This document shows, piece by piece, positions 50,264-60,316 of a stretch of 64,000 bases of DNA. This DNA is from Candidatus Poribacteria bacterium (lineage in GTDB: Bacteria > Poribacteria > WGA-4E > WGA-3G), in the NCBI GenBank assembly GCA_965242965.1, contig OZ251518.1, positions 5,312,001 through 5,376,000 on the forward strand, in the 5' to 3' direction. The stretch's first letter is position 1. The number at the start of each line of letters is the position of its first letter. Under the pieces are notes generated by a model. The model was given only the letters and a program-made list of their open reading frames with translations, was not told the origin of the DNA and ran no database searches. The position numbers and the translations under genes are program-made.

Positions 50264-51496
50264 ATGTCCAAAACATTGGCCGTATCGGGCGGTACGCCTG
50301 TGCGGAATCTAGAAACGCATCCGTGGACTTCATGGCCCCTCAACACCGCCGAGGAGTGGGATGCTAAAATTGAGCCGCGGCTCCGGGAAGTCTATCTCAG
50401 CGGGAATGAAGGTTCTGGCGGCACGATGATTGACGCGTTCGGCGAGCAATATGCGTGCTATTCCGGCACCACCTACGCCATTTTCATGCCGCACGGCACC
50501 GATGCTATCAGTGCAGCCTTGGCCGGCGCGATGGATTTAGACGGCTTTAGCGATGGCGGTGAGGTTATCGTGCCGAACTATACCTTCGTTGCAACCGCGA
50601 GTGCTGTCTTGGAACGCCGATGCACCGTCGCTTTTGTCGACATTGACGCGGAGACATTCACTATTTCTGCGAGTGCCGTTGAGGCGGCACTCCAGCCGCA
50701 TACCCGCGCGATTTTGCCTGTCCACCTCGGCGGACACCCGGCAGATATGGGCGCGTTACGCGAGATTGCCCAACGCCACAATTTAGCAATCATTGAAGAT
50801 TGCGCGCAGGCACACGGCGCGGCATATCAGGGCAAAAAAGTCGGTTCACTCGGCGATGTCGGCGCGTTCAGCTTCCAATCCTCCAAAAACCTCACTTCCG
50901 GCGAAGGTGGCATGGTGACTACCGATGATAAAGACATCCGCGACCGCGTCTACGCCTTCATGAATGTCGGCCGTGCACCCGGCGGCGCGAGATGGGAATA
51001 CCCACGACTCGGATGGAATTACCGTCCCTCCGAATACCTCGCTGCCATCTTACAGGTGCGGTTGGAATTGCTGGAATCGCAGACTGATTTGCGCAACCAT
51101 AACGCCGCCTATTTGTCAGACGCGTTGGCGGCAATTTCTGGCATAACGCCGCCGAAACTGGCACCGTGGGTTACCAAGCACGGGTATCATCTCTACTGCC
51201 TCAAGTATGATGCGGAAGGGTTCGGGGGCAAGTCTCGCGCTGAATTTGTCAGGGCACTCTCCGCGGAAGGCGTGCCTTGCTCTATCGGATACCGTTCGCC
51301 GCTCTCACGGGAACCGGGCATGGCGCGCGTTGCAGAGAAATATCCGCATCTCATTCGCACATTGCCCTCGCCGAATACAGAGCGGGTTTGTGAACAGAGC
51401 GTGTGGTTTTTCCAAAACCTCTTTCTCGGTTCCGAGAGGGATATGGATGACATCGTTGCGGCAATCGCCAAAATTCAACGCGCATGGAATGCCTAA
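50264..51496 (+). CDS. DegT/DnrJ/EryC1/StrS family PLP aminotransferase
   Basis: YTFVAT, PVHLGG, EDCAQAHGA, FSFQSSKNLTSGEGG. Confidence 0.92.
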   Translation: MSKTLAVSGGTPVRNLETHPWTSWPLNTAEEWDAKIEPRLREVYLSGNEGSGGTMIDAFGEQYACYSGTTYAIFMPHGTDAISAALAGAMDLDGFSDGGEVIVPNYTFVATASAVLERRCTVAFVDIDAETFTISASAVEAALQPHTRAILPVHLGGHPADMGALREIAQRHNLAIIEDCAQAHGAAYQGKKVGSLGDVGAFSFQSSKNLTSGEGGMVTTDDKDIRDRVYAFMNVGRAPGGARWEYPRLGWNYRPSEYLAAILQVRLELLESQTDLRNHNAAYLSDALAAISGITPPKLAPWVTKHGYHLYCLKYDAEGFGGKSRAEFVRALSAEGVPCSIGYRSPLSREPGMARVAEKYPHLIRTLPSPNTERVCEQSVWFFQNLFLGSERDMDDIVAAIAKIQRAWNA

Positions 51497-51842
51497 ACCG
51501 CTCCTTGTTTACGATGGAGAGTGCGATTTTTGCCGATACTGCATTGCGCGATGGCGGCACGTTACCGAAGCGAGAATTCGCTACGCGCCTTACCAAGAAG
51601 TCGCCGCGCAGTTTCCGCAGATACCACTATCGGTGTTCCAGAATGCTGTCCAGTTGATTCTGCCTGATGGAACCGTGTTGAGTGGTGCGGCGGCCGTGTT
51701 TCACGCCTTCGGCAACCGACGTATCCTCTGGTGCTACGAAAATGTCCCCGGTTTCGCGCCGATGACGGAAGGAGTCTATCGCTTCGTTGCGCGGCATCGC
51801 GCCTTTTTCTCTAAAGTAACGCGCAAGTTTTGGAAAACATAA
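51489..51842 (+). CDS. DCC1-like / DUF393 thiol-disulfide oxidoreductase
   Basis: LLVYDGECDFC, YRFVARHR; start overlaps DegT stop. Confidence 0.85.
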   Translation: MPKPLLVYDGECDFCRYCIARWRHVTEARIRYAPYQEVAAQFPQIPLSVFQNAVQLILPDGTVLSGAAAVFHAFGNRRILWCYENVPGFAPMTEGVYRFVARHRAFFSKVTRKFWKT

Positions 51843-51843
51843 A

Positions 51844-52080
51844 TGAGGGTGTTTCATAAATTTATCCCTTGAGGGGAGGCGCATCGGGCCCACCACTGTA
51901 GTTCGGGATCGCCCGTGGGCGGGCGGTAAAACGGGTCAAGATCAGGCGATCTTGACCTACAGGCCTAGCGCGCGAGCGATGGCGAGGGACAGGCCCTCGC
52001 CCTACGTGAAGGGGCGGCGTTTTTTCACCGTAGCGCGGGGCCTGTCATCGCAACGTTGAGCGATTTATGAAACACCTTCA
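51844..52080. mobile_element. Short MITE-like element, 18-bp TIR, 6-bp TSD CATAAA
   Basis: TGAGGGTGTTTCATAAAT / ATTTATGAAACACCTTCA (17/18 match); CATAAA at 51838-51843 and 52081-52086. Confidence 0.9.
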
Positions 52081-52154
52081 CATAAATTCAAGAACGGAGA
52101 TATTCGGAACCACGGAGATATACCCTCTTGAACCAGAAACCCTTATCGAACGAC

Positions 52155-52931
52155 ATGCAAACAACAAAAAATCCATTTTTATCCGTCGCATTAGAAGCGG
52201 CGAGAAACGCCGAAGAAGTCATTACGTCTTACTACAACGGCGATGCGATGAACGTTCAACTGAAAGCAGATGAAACGCCTGTCACCCGCGCCGATACCGA
52301 AGCGGAACGGGTTATCCGCGAGACTATCAAGGCGGCATTCCCCGAGCACGGATTTTTAGGCGAGGAATTCGGCACCGAAAGAGGCTCATCGCCTTATTTG
52401 TGGATAATCGATCCGATTGATGGCACCAAGAATTACATCCGCAAAATCCCCATCTTCGCGACGCAGATTGCGTTGATGCAAGATGAGCGGCTCATCCTCG
52501 GCGTTTCTAATGCACCGTTGTTGAACGAGCTGCTATATGCGACAGCAGGCGGCGGTGCTTTTTTGAACGACGAACCGATAACCGTCTCGGACGTAGGCAA
52601 CCCTTCGGACGCGATGATTTGCCATGGTGGCCTGAAATGGTTCACGCCAAAGGGAGTTCTTCCCGGAATGTGTGAACTTATCAACGACACGGCGCGCTCA
52701 AGAGGCTTCGGTGATTTCTATATGTATCACCTCCTCGCTTCTGCTAGGGCAGATGTTGTCGTTGAAGCAGCGATAAGTATCTGGGACATCGCCGCGCTCA
52801 GCGTCATCGTGCGGGAGGCGGGCGGCAAGGTAACCGACATGCAGGGACGCGCTATTACAAAGGATACCGTGTCTATGGTTGCAACGAATGGGCGTTTGCA
52901 TGAGGCGGTGCTTCGTTATTTTCTACCATAA
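52155..52931 (+). CDS. Inositol monophosphatase family (possibly histidinol-phosphatase HisN-type)
   Basis: TPVTRAD, LGEE, WIIDPIDGTKNY, RGFGDFY, WDIAA. Confidence 0.88.
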   Translation: MQTTKNPFLSVALEAARNAEEVITSYYNGDAMNVQLKADETPVTRADTEAERVIRETIKAAFPEHGFLGEEFGTERGSSPYLWIIDPIDGTKNYIRKIPIFATQIALMQDERLILGVSNAPLLNELLYATAGGGAFLNDEPITVSDVGNPSDAMICHGGLKWFTPKGVLPGMCELINDTARSRGFGDFYMYHLLASARADVVVEAAISIWDIAALSVIVREAGGKVTDMQGRAITKDTVSMVATNGRLHEAVLRYFLP

Positions 52932-53121
52932 GAGCGAGTGCTGCTTGCTATTCATTCTTTTCAATTGTGGCGAGACTCAATTGCATGCCGAGATGCTATT
53001 TTTACGTGGCAAAAAATGCGTTTTTGTGGTAAACTTTATTACCAAACGGTGCTAACATCGGTTGACACGAATCTCCTACTGCAGGAGCCTCAACAATTTT
53101 GATAAAAGGATACCTAACGCC

Positions 53122-54897
53122 ATGAAAATCGCTTTTTTGACGTTGCTTATCGTTTTGACGCTATGTTTACCATTCACTTTCGCGCAAGATACCTCACAGT
53201 GGCGTTTACCCGAAGGTGCCAAGACCCGCCTCGGTAAAGGCTGGGTAACTCAGGTAGAATTTTCGCCGGATGGGACCCGGCTTGCGGTAGCCGGTTCTAT
53301 CGGGATTTGGATATACGATGCCCGAACCTATCAAGAAATCGCCCTACTGACTGGACATACGGTGACTGTTGAGAGTATCTCCTTTAGTAAGGATGGAAAA
53401 ATGCTAGCGAGTGGGGACAGGAACCGCACTATTCGGTTGTGGGATGTTCCGAAGGGCGAACTCCGAAAAACACTCATTGGGCATATGGGTGATGTTGCGA
53501 TGGGTGAACTCCGAAAAACGTTCAGAAACATCGGCCAGCAGAACCCTAGGGTCCTACTTAGTGGTGATGGGAAAACATTGGCGGGTGCGAGTCACAATGG
53601 CACTATCCTGTTGCAGGATGTCGTCACAGGCGAGCTCCTCCACAGCATTAAAGGACATAAGGACCGGGTTAACAGTATCTCCTTTAGTTGGGATGGTAAA
53701 ATGCTGGCAAGTGCAGGAGGCGCGCAGGATAAGACTGTTCGTATCTGGGATGTTGCAACAGGCGAACTTCGCCACACTCTGACAGAACACGTGCACGAAG
53801 TCTTAAGCGTCGCCTTCAGCGGTAATGGCACCACGCTCGCGAGTGGCGGAAGATTCCGACTGCTTTTATGGGATGTTGCCACCGGAAAACTGCGCAAAGG
53901 CCTCACAGGCCATACGGACTGGGTGAACAGCGTTGCCCTCAATAGCGATGGCAGTACTTTGGCGAGCATAGAAGGACATCGTGTCATTCGTATCTGGGAT
54001 GTTGCAACAGGCGAGATACGAAAAACATTCAGAGGACATACGGATTGGGTCTATAGCACTACGCTCAGAAATGGTGGAAACACAGTCGTGACTGGAAGTG
54101 GGCGCGGCACTATCCGGCTATGGGATACAGACACCGGAAAAGTCCACGAAACTCGGGTCAAAATTAGTGATTGGGACTTTGTTAGTATGATTGCTTTTAG
54201 TTGCGATAGCCTAACCGCGGCGAGTGGCAGGGGGAGTGGCACTATCCAACTGTGGGACGTGGACACGGGTGAGCATCGAAACACACTCACAGGACATACG
54301 ACTTGGGTCGACAGCGTCTCCTTCAGTGAAGATGGAAAAACGGTGGCAAGTGGCAGCCAGGATAATACCGTTTGTCTGTGGGATGCTCTAACCGGCGAAC
54401 TTCGCCATACTCTCACTGGGCATACAGCCTCTGTTAATAGCGTTGCCTTCAGTAGCAACGGAAACACACTAGCAAGTGGTAGTAGCGACGGCACTATTCG
54501 GCTCTGGGATGTGAGGATGGGGAAACTCCAAAAAACACTCACGGGAAGTTTCACGGCAGTTGAAAGTGTTGCCTTCAGTAGTGATGGCCTCACTCTGGCC
54601 GCCGGAGGCAGGGATGGCACCTTGCGCTTGTGGGATGTCACTACGGGCAAACTTCGCAAAACCCTTGCCGGACATACGAGTCAGGTTTTTCGCCTATCCT
54701 TCAGTGATGATGGGAAAATGTTGGTGAGTGGGAGTGCATACGGTCCTATCCGCTTGTGGGATGTCGCCACCGGAGACCTCCGGAAAACACTTAAAGGACA
54801 TACAGGTGAGGTAACCGGGGTTTCCTTCAGCAGCGATGGGCAAACGCTGGTAAGTGGCAGTGCTGATGGCACGGTGCTTCTGTGGGATCTGCGCTGA
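53122..54897 (+). CDS. Secreted WD40-repeat protein
   Basis: Signal peptide, WRLPEGAKTRLGKG, multiple GH...WD repeats. Confidence 0.92.
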   Translation: MKIAFLTLLIVLTLCLPFTFAQDTSQWRLPEGAKTRLGKGWVTQVEFSPDGTRLAVAGSIGIWIYDARTYQEIALLTGHTVTVESISFSKDGKMLASGDRNRTIRLWDVPKGELRKTLIGHMGDVAMGELRKTFRNIGQQNPRVLLSGDGKTLAGASHNGTILLQDVVTGELLHSIKGHKDRVNSISFSWDGKMLASAGGAQDKTVRIWDVATGELRHTLTEHVHEVLSVAFSGNGTTLASGGRFRLLLWDVATGKLRKGLTGHTDWVNSVALNSDGSTLASIEGHRVIRIWDVATGEIRKTFRGHTDWVYSTTLRNGGNTVVTGSGRGTIRLWDTDTGKVHETRVKISDWDFVSMIAFSCDSLTAASGRGSGTIQLWDVDTGEHRNTLTGHTTWVDSVSFSEDGKTVASGSQDNTVCLWDALTGELRHTLTGHTASVNSVAFSSNGNTLASGSSDGTIRLWDVRMGKLQKTLTGSFTAVESVAFSSDGLTLAAGGRDGTLRLWDVTTGKLRKTLAGHTSQVFRLSFSDDGKMLVSGSAYGPIRLWDVATGDLRKTLKGHTGEVTGVSFSSDGQTLVSGSADGTVLLWDLR

Positions 54898-55035
54898 TAT
54901 CCGTCCCCGCTTCCCTATTTCACGTCTTGAAAAAACTTGACTCCCGATGGTATTCTTCGTATCATTACCGGAAGTCTTTTTGCACAAACCCCAAACAGGA
55001 ACCACTATTGACGCTCAAAAAAGGATGTCTACACA

Positions 55036-56985
55036 ATGAAGACAAAACCGCTTCTTTTTATTTTCATCGCTCTTGTCATGACAACGGCATTTCTGCCACT
55101 CACCTTCGGTAAAGATTACTGGCAGTGGCATTTACCCGATGGGACTCTTGCTCGTTTGGGTAAAGGTAATGTGAATGATGTCGCGTTTTCTCCAGACAAC
55201 ACTCGGCTTGCGGTAGCCAGTTCAGTCGGGATTTGGATTTATGATGTCCAAACCTACGAGGAAATCGCTTTGTTAGCGAGTGACACGCTGCTTCCTACCT
55301 ATAACTCATTGTTCAAAGGAAATCCAGAGTTGTTCACCCCTGAGCAATTCCCCTTGCTTGAGGCTGTAGGACAGGCTGCACATAGTGTTGATTTCATTTC
55401 AGATGGACAGACGCTGGCTAGTGTGAATCTCGATAGCACTATTCGGCTCTGGGATACTGCCACGGGCGAACTCCGAAAAATACTCGCAGACTGGACACAC
55501 TCGTTTCCCTCTAACGTTGCTTTCAGCAGCGATGGGGCCGCGCTAGCGAGTCGGCATCAGGACGGTGCCATCCTTCTGTGGGATACGCGGACTGGGGAGA
55601 TCCAAAAAACTCTCCTAGGACATACCGACTTCGTGAACGGCCTTGCTTTCAATGTTGAGGGTACTATGTTGGCAGGTGGCGGCGAAGACAGCACCGTTCT
55701 TCTATGGGACGTTACCACCGGAGATCTGCGCAAAACACTCCAGGGACATACCGACTTAGTCCTTAGCGTATCCTTTGGTGGTGATAGAAACACGCTGGCG
55801 ACTGGAAGTAAGGACAAGACTATTCGGTTATGGGATGCCGCCACGGGCGAACTCCTGAAAACCTTGTCGGGACATACGGGCGAAGTTGCAAGCGTATCCT
55901 TCAGTAGCGATGGGAAAATGCTGGCAAGCGGCGGGAAGGACGGGGCAATCCTTCTATGGGATGTCACCACTGGCAACCTTCGCTCAGCATTTACTAGAAG
56001 TTTGGATGCCATCACTAGCGTATCCTTCAGTAGCGATGACCGCCGGTTAGCGAGTGGGAGTCATAACTACCTGCTGCTTTGGGATGTCCCCACCGGTGCT
56101 ACCCAAAAATCCTTCACAGGAGATAGAGAAGAAGTCCTGCGTGTTGCTTTCAGTCCGGATCGGAAAACTCTGGAAAATAGGGAAGCGGCTTTAATCACTT
56201 GGCCATGGAATGTAACCACGGACAAAATTCGAGAGATCTTGCTAGAACACGCAGGTTATTCTGGCCCTCCTGCGATTGCCTATAGTAGTGAGAGTCGGAC
56301 TCTGGCAATTGGTAGTTGGGTAGGCGATATTCAGTTGATGGATGTGGATACGAACACCCGAAAAAGACTTCGCGCACGTAGTACTGGACGCGTTAGTGTG
56401 GCCCTCAGTAGTGATGGCACCACGCTCGCAAGTGCGGGTGAGAACGGTGATATCCTCTTGTGGGATGTGGCCACGGGGAAGCGCCACCAAACTCTCACTG
56501 GAAGTCCCGAAACTGCTAACATCATTGCCTTCAACGGCGATAACAGCATCCTTGCTGGGGTAAGGCGGGATAATATCATCCATCTGTGGAATGTCTCCAC
56601 CGGAGAAATCCTAAAAACGTTGGATGGACATACAAGAGATGTGCGGTGCGTCGCCTTTAGTCCCGATGGGCAGACGCTGGCCAGTGCGGGTTACGATGCC
56701 ATGATTCATTTGTGGGATGTGGATACCGGAAACATCCAGAAAACACTCAAAGCCCCCGACCTTACAAATGCTATTTATAGCATTGCCTTTAGTCCCGATG
56801 GGCAGACGCTGGCCAGTGCGGGTTACGATGCCATGATTCATTTGTGGGATGTGGATACCGGAAACATCCAGAAAACACTTGCTAGACACACACGGTATGT
56901 CTCTGGCGTTGCCTTCAGCAGCGATGGGCAGATGCTGGTGAGTGGGAGTAGGGATGGCACGGTGCTCGTATGGGATCTGCGCTGA
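55036..56985 (+). CDS. Secreted WD40-repeat protein
   Basis: Signal peptide, WHLPDGTLARLGKG, multiple GH...WD repeats. Confidence 0.92.
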   Translation: MKTKPLLFIFIALVMTTAFLPLTFGKDYWQWHLPDGTLARLGKGNVNDVAFSPDNTRLAVASSVGIWIYDVQTYEEIALLASDTLLPTYNSLFKGNPELFTPEQFPLLEAVGQAAHSVDFISDGQTLASVNLDSTIRLWDTATGELRKILADWTHSFPSNVAFSSDGAALASRHQDGAILLWDTRTGEIQKTLLGHTDFVNGLAFNVEGTMLAGGGEDSTVLLWDVTTGDLRKTLQGHTDLVLSVSFGGDRNTLATGSKDKTIRLWDAATGELLKTLSGHTGEVASVSFSSDGKMLASGGKDGAILLWDVTTGNLRSAFTRSLDAITSVSFSSDDRRLASGSHNYLLLWDVPTGATQKSFTGDREEVLRVAFSPDRKTLENREAALITWPWNVTTDKIREILLEHAGYSGPPAIAYSSESRTLAIGSWVGDIQLMDVDTNTRKRLRARSTGRVSVALSSDGTTLASAGENGDILLWDVATGKRHQTLTGSPETANIIAFNGDNSILAGVRRDNIIHLWNVSTGEILKTLDGHTRDVRCVAFSPDGQTLASAGYDAMIHLWDVDTGNIQKTLKAPDLTNAIYSIAFSPDGQTLASAGYDAMIHLWDVDTGNIQKTLARHTRYVSGVAFSSDGQMLVSGSRDGTVLVWDLR

Positions 56986-57282
56986 TGATGGATACCCATG
57001 ATTTCACAATGTGATTTCTTGAAAACGGTTTCTTTTTTTGTGAACCCTCTAATACAAATGAACCTGAGCGGTTCGGGCTCTTCTGAAGTGATGGCATGTT
57101 TGCCAAGCGAGCCTGAACAGGTCAAGATCGGGCGAGCACCACCCACAAATGTGAGACGACTAAAATAAATGAATTGGGGATAAGCCCGATTCAGACAGAA
57201 ATCCGCGCGTTATTCCTTGCATCAACGCGCCGCTTCATGGTATACTATATAAACATACCCTAAAAAAAGCGAGAATTTTAAT

Positions 57283-57963
57283 ATGCACCTCGATTTCCAA
57301 GAAGTCATCGACCTCTCTTATGTCGTTGACGAAAACAGCCCGCGCGAATTGCCCATCGAGCCGGTTAAAATCTATCCTCAGGCCACGCTTGAAGAAGACG
57401 GCTATTTTGAAAGCCGCGTCGATATGTCCGGGCACTGCTCCACGCACATTGACGCGCCGTGTCTCATGTATCCCGATGGGTTCACCGTCGCGGAAATCCC
57501 GAAAGACAAACTGACCGGGGCTGCCGTGCTGATGGACTTCTCCGCAATTAAGAAACCAAACGATGCTGTCACCGCCGAAGATGTGAGCGCGTGGATAGCA
57601 GAAAACGGCGAGATACCAGAAGGCAGCATTGTCTTTATGCGGACCGGCATGGATAGATTCGTCTATCAGGATAACTTCAACCGCGAGTGGATTGGCTTTA
57701 GCGAGGATGCCGCCGAACTGCTCGTTGGAAAAGGCATCAAGGTAATCGGCACAGACGCTTGCAGCATCGATTCGGTTGCGGGACATCCGCCGTTGCACGA
57801 TGGATTACCGCCTGCGCATCTCGTCTTCTTGGGCGCAGGCATTCCGCACGTCGAAGATTTGTGCAATTTAAGTCAACTGCCGATGCACTTCTACGTCGTC
57901 ATCGCGCCGCTGAAATTGGCGCGGAGTTCCGGCGCGCCGACGCGCGTGCTGGCGTTTGTGTGA
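57283..57963 (+). CDS. Cyclase family metal-dependent hydrolase (kynurenine formamidase-like)
   Basis: HCSTHIDAP, GTDACSID, PAHLVFL...HVEDL, GAPTRVLA. Confidence 0.88.
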   Translation: MHLDFQEVIDLSYVVDENSPRELPIEPVKIYPQATLEEDGYFESRVDMSGHCSTHIDAPCLMYPDGFTVAEIPKDKLTGAAVLMDFSAIKKPNDAVTAEDVSAWIAENGEIPEGSIVFMRTGMDRFVYQDNFNREWIGFSEDAAELLVGKGIKVIGTDACSIDSVAGHPPLHDGLPPAHLVFLGAGIPHVEDLCNLSQLPMHFYVVIAPLKLARSSGAPTRVLAFV

Positions 57964-58038
57964 TTTTTGTCGTCCGCAAGGCGTTCGGATACGTATCTGG
58001 TGCAAGAACGTTTCCTTACGCTATCCGTAAAGTGATGA

Positions 58039-59499
58039 ATGATGAAACCCAAAATTCCTGAACCACTCTTATCGTGCCTGCGAGAAATAGGCGAGGTGGG
58101 TGGAAACGGCACCTACCTCGTGGGAGGACTAGTCCGTGATTTGCTGCTGGAACGGAAGAGCCTTGATATTGATATTGTCGTTGAGGGGAACGCGTTCCGG
58201 GTAGCGGAAGCGATGCGGGAACGGTGGAACGGCACGTTAAACGTGCATCCGAATTTTGGCACGGCAACCGTTACGCCTGAAAACCCAGAGATGCCCAAAG
58301 TGGATTTTGTGGCGGCGCGTCGTGAAACTTATCAGCACCCTGGAACGTTACCTATAGTAAAGCAGGGGACTATCGATGCCGATCTGCGCAGACGCGACTT
58401 TACTATCAACGCCTTAGCGATGCGGTTAGATGCCGATGCATTCGGCACTATCGTTGACCCGGGGGACGGCATGGCTGACCTCGGGACCGGCACTATTCGG
58501 GTGCTACATCAGCAAAGTTACATTGATGACCCTACCCGTATTTTCCGCGCCTGCCGATATGCTGGCAGATACGGCTTTCACATCGCCGATGGAGATAAGG
58601 TTCTCATTCGGGAGGCACTGCCGGTATTACTGAAGGTCAGCGGCGAACGCATCCGCAACGACATTAACCGCATCCTTCAGGAAGAGAACGTCCCCCAGAT
58701 CGTGCAACTCCTGACAGAATTTGATGTCTGGAGAAAAATTTCTATAGGGTGGGACATTGGCGAGAATTTTGACCGGCGATTTGCAGAAGCACAGCAGGCA
58801 ATCACGTGGGTATCGGAACATCTACCAGATGAACCATTTTATCCGGAAATAGTTCGGTGGATGACACTTTTCAAAGGGAATTTGGACTCACATTGGCTTG
58901 AGGCAATTAGTTTCAGGCTGGTATTGCCGCATCAACTTCTGCGCCTCGGGGGCAAAGTGCCGGAAGACGTGTCCTTTGAAAATGAAGAGTTTCAGGATGA
59001 AGAACTTTCGCTTTCGCAGCATGTCACCGTGGCATCTCACAACGGCAAGTGGCTTATCGTTGATGCGGAAAACCACAAAACCTACGTGCGCGCGGATGGG
59101 CGGTTCTATCAGGTTTTGACACCGCTGACGACACATAACGCTTTGCTGTTGCCGGTGCTCTTTTTGTTATCTGAGACCCCGACGCTCAGCGAGATTCATA
59201 ACTTGTTGAAATCTTATCCCCTGGAGGCATCGGTGCTGGCAATGCATCATGTCAATGTGGAGCCGCTGCAGCGCGAACAGATAGGCAATTACTTGCGAAC
59301 GGTGCGGCAGATGGAGCCGCTTGTCACCGGCCGCGACCTGATTGAGTGGGGTGAGAAACCTGGGAAAGCCTTTGAGACGTTTCTGTCACGCCTATTTTCG
59401 GCGCAGCTGGATGGGAAAATCACCACAAAATCGGAGGCACATCGCTGGTTGCAGGCGTTGAAAAAAGACTCGGCGGAAGCAGTATCCGAGAAATCGTGA
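58039..59499 (+). CDS. Class II tRNA nucleotidyltransferase (CCA/A-adding)
   Basis: VGGLVRD, DIDIVV, RRDFTINAL, DDPTRIFRACRY, SGERI. Confidence 0.85.
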   Translation: MMKPKIPEPLLSCLREIGEVGGNGTYLVGGLVRDLLLERKSLDIDIVVEGNAFRVAEAMRERWNGTLNVHPNFGTATVTPENPEMPKVDFVAARRETYQHPGTLPIVKQGTIDADLRRRDFTINALAMRLDADAFGTIVDPGDGMADLGTGTIRVLHQQSYIDDPTRIFRACRYAGRYGFHIADGDKVLIREALPVLLKVSGERIRNDINRILQEENVPQIVQLLTEFDVWRKISIGWDIGENFDRRFAEAQQAITWVSEHLPDEPFYPEIVRWMTLFKGNLDSHWLEAISFRLVLPHQLLRLGGKVPEDVSFENEEFQDEELSLSQHVTVASHNGKWLIVDAENHKTYVRADGRFYQVLTPLTTHNALLLPVLFLLSETPTLSEIHNLLKSYPLEASVLAMHHVNVEPLQREQIGNYLRTVRQMEPLVTGRDLIEWGEKPGKAFETFLSRLFSAQLDGKITTKSEAHRWLQALKKDSAEAVSEKS

Positions 59500-59556
59500 T
59501 TACCGTAGGGCGTGGGCTAGCCGCGACGCGTGCTTTCGTCTTTGATTAGGGAAACT

Positions 59557-60234
59557 ATGTTCAATCCTTTTGAAGCCATTCTTATCGTTACGCAGTTTAT
59601 CGTCTTGCTAACCTTTCACGAGTGGGGGCATGCGAAATCAGCCCACATGCTAGGCGATTCAACCGCTCACAGCCAAGGCCGCATGTCGCTCAATCCGGCG
59701 GTGCACATCGATCCCATCGGCACGATATTACTGCCGCTGCTCGGCACCTTCTTCGACAGCACCTTTTTTGGCTGGGCGAAGCCGGTGCCTGTTAACCCGT
59801 TCAACCTCAAAGATCCGAGAAGGGACGTGATGCTTATCGCGGCCGCCGGGCCTTTCATGAACATCGTCCTAACTTTTGCGATTTTAGCGATTGCCCGGCT
59901 GTCGGAAGTGGTCTTCAACTTTCCGCAACCCGGCTCTGTCATGCATGCGGAGATTGCTCGGCAATGGGTTCGCATGGGGCTCATCAGCGTATTTTTGGCT
60001 GCGTTTAACATGCTGCCGCTCTATCCGTTAGATGGGTTCAGCGTTGTGCGTGGCTTGCTACCTGCCCGTGCCGCGCGCCAGTGGGAAAACCTCAGCCCTT
60101 ACGGCATGCCGATTCTGATGTGCCTGATTTTTCTCCCCGGTCTCCTCGGAATACCGAACTATGTGTTCCGTTTTTTGTCTGAAATCAGTTACACAACCTT
60201 CGACCTCATCGCGAAAATCGTCGGACTGCGCTAA
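59557..60234 (+). CDS. Site-2 protease (M50) family
   Basis: HEWGH, GWAKPVPVNP, AAAGP, NMLPLYPLDG. Confidence 0.92.
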   Translation: MFNPFEAILIVTQFIVLLTFHEWGHAKSAHMLGDSTAHSQGRMSLNPAVHIDPIGTILLPLLGTFFDSTFFGWAKPVPVNPFNLKDPRRDVMLIAAAGPFMNIVLTFAILAIARLSEVVFNFPQPGSVMHAEIARQWVRMGLISVFLAAFNMLPLYPLDGFSVVRGLLPARAARQWENLSPYGMPILMCLIFLPGLLGIPNYVFRFLSEISYTTFDLIAKIVGLR

Positions 60235-60316
60235 AAACGCAAGTCAAAAACGGAGATATTGACAACGTCGATGTTGATAGTTGATAGTCGATATCGAATG
60301 ACGCAAAGAGACGCTG

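Noticed and set aside
57055-57150. Possible 6S/SRP-like ncRNA hairpin
   Set aside because: Matches the repeat family ..gttcggg..cccgaacgggtcaagatcaggcgatc..ctaca seen at about 7890, 36325 and 51900; no convincing ncRNA signature.
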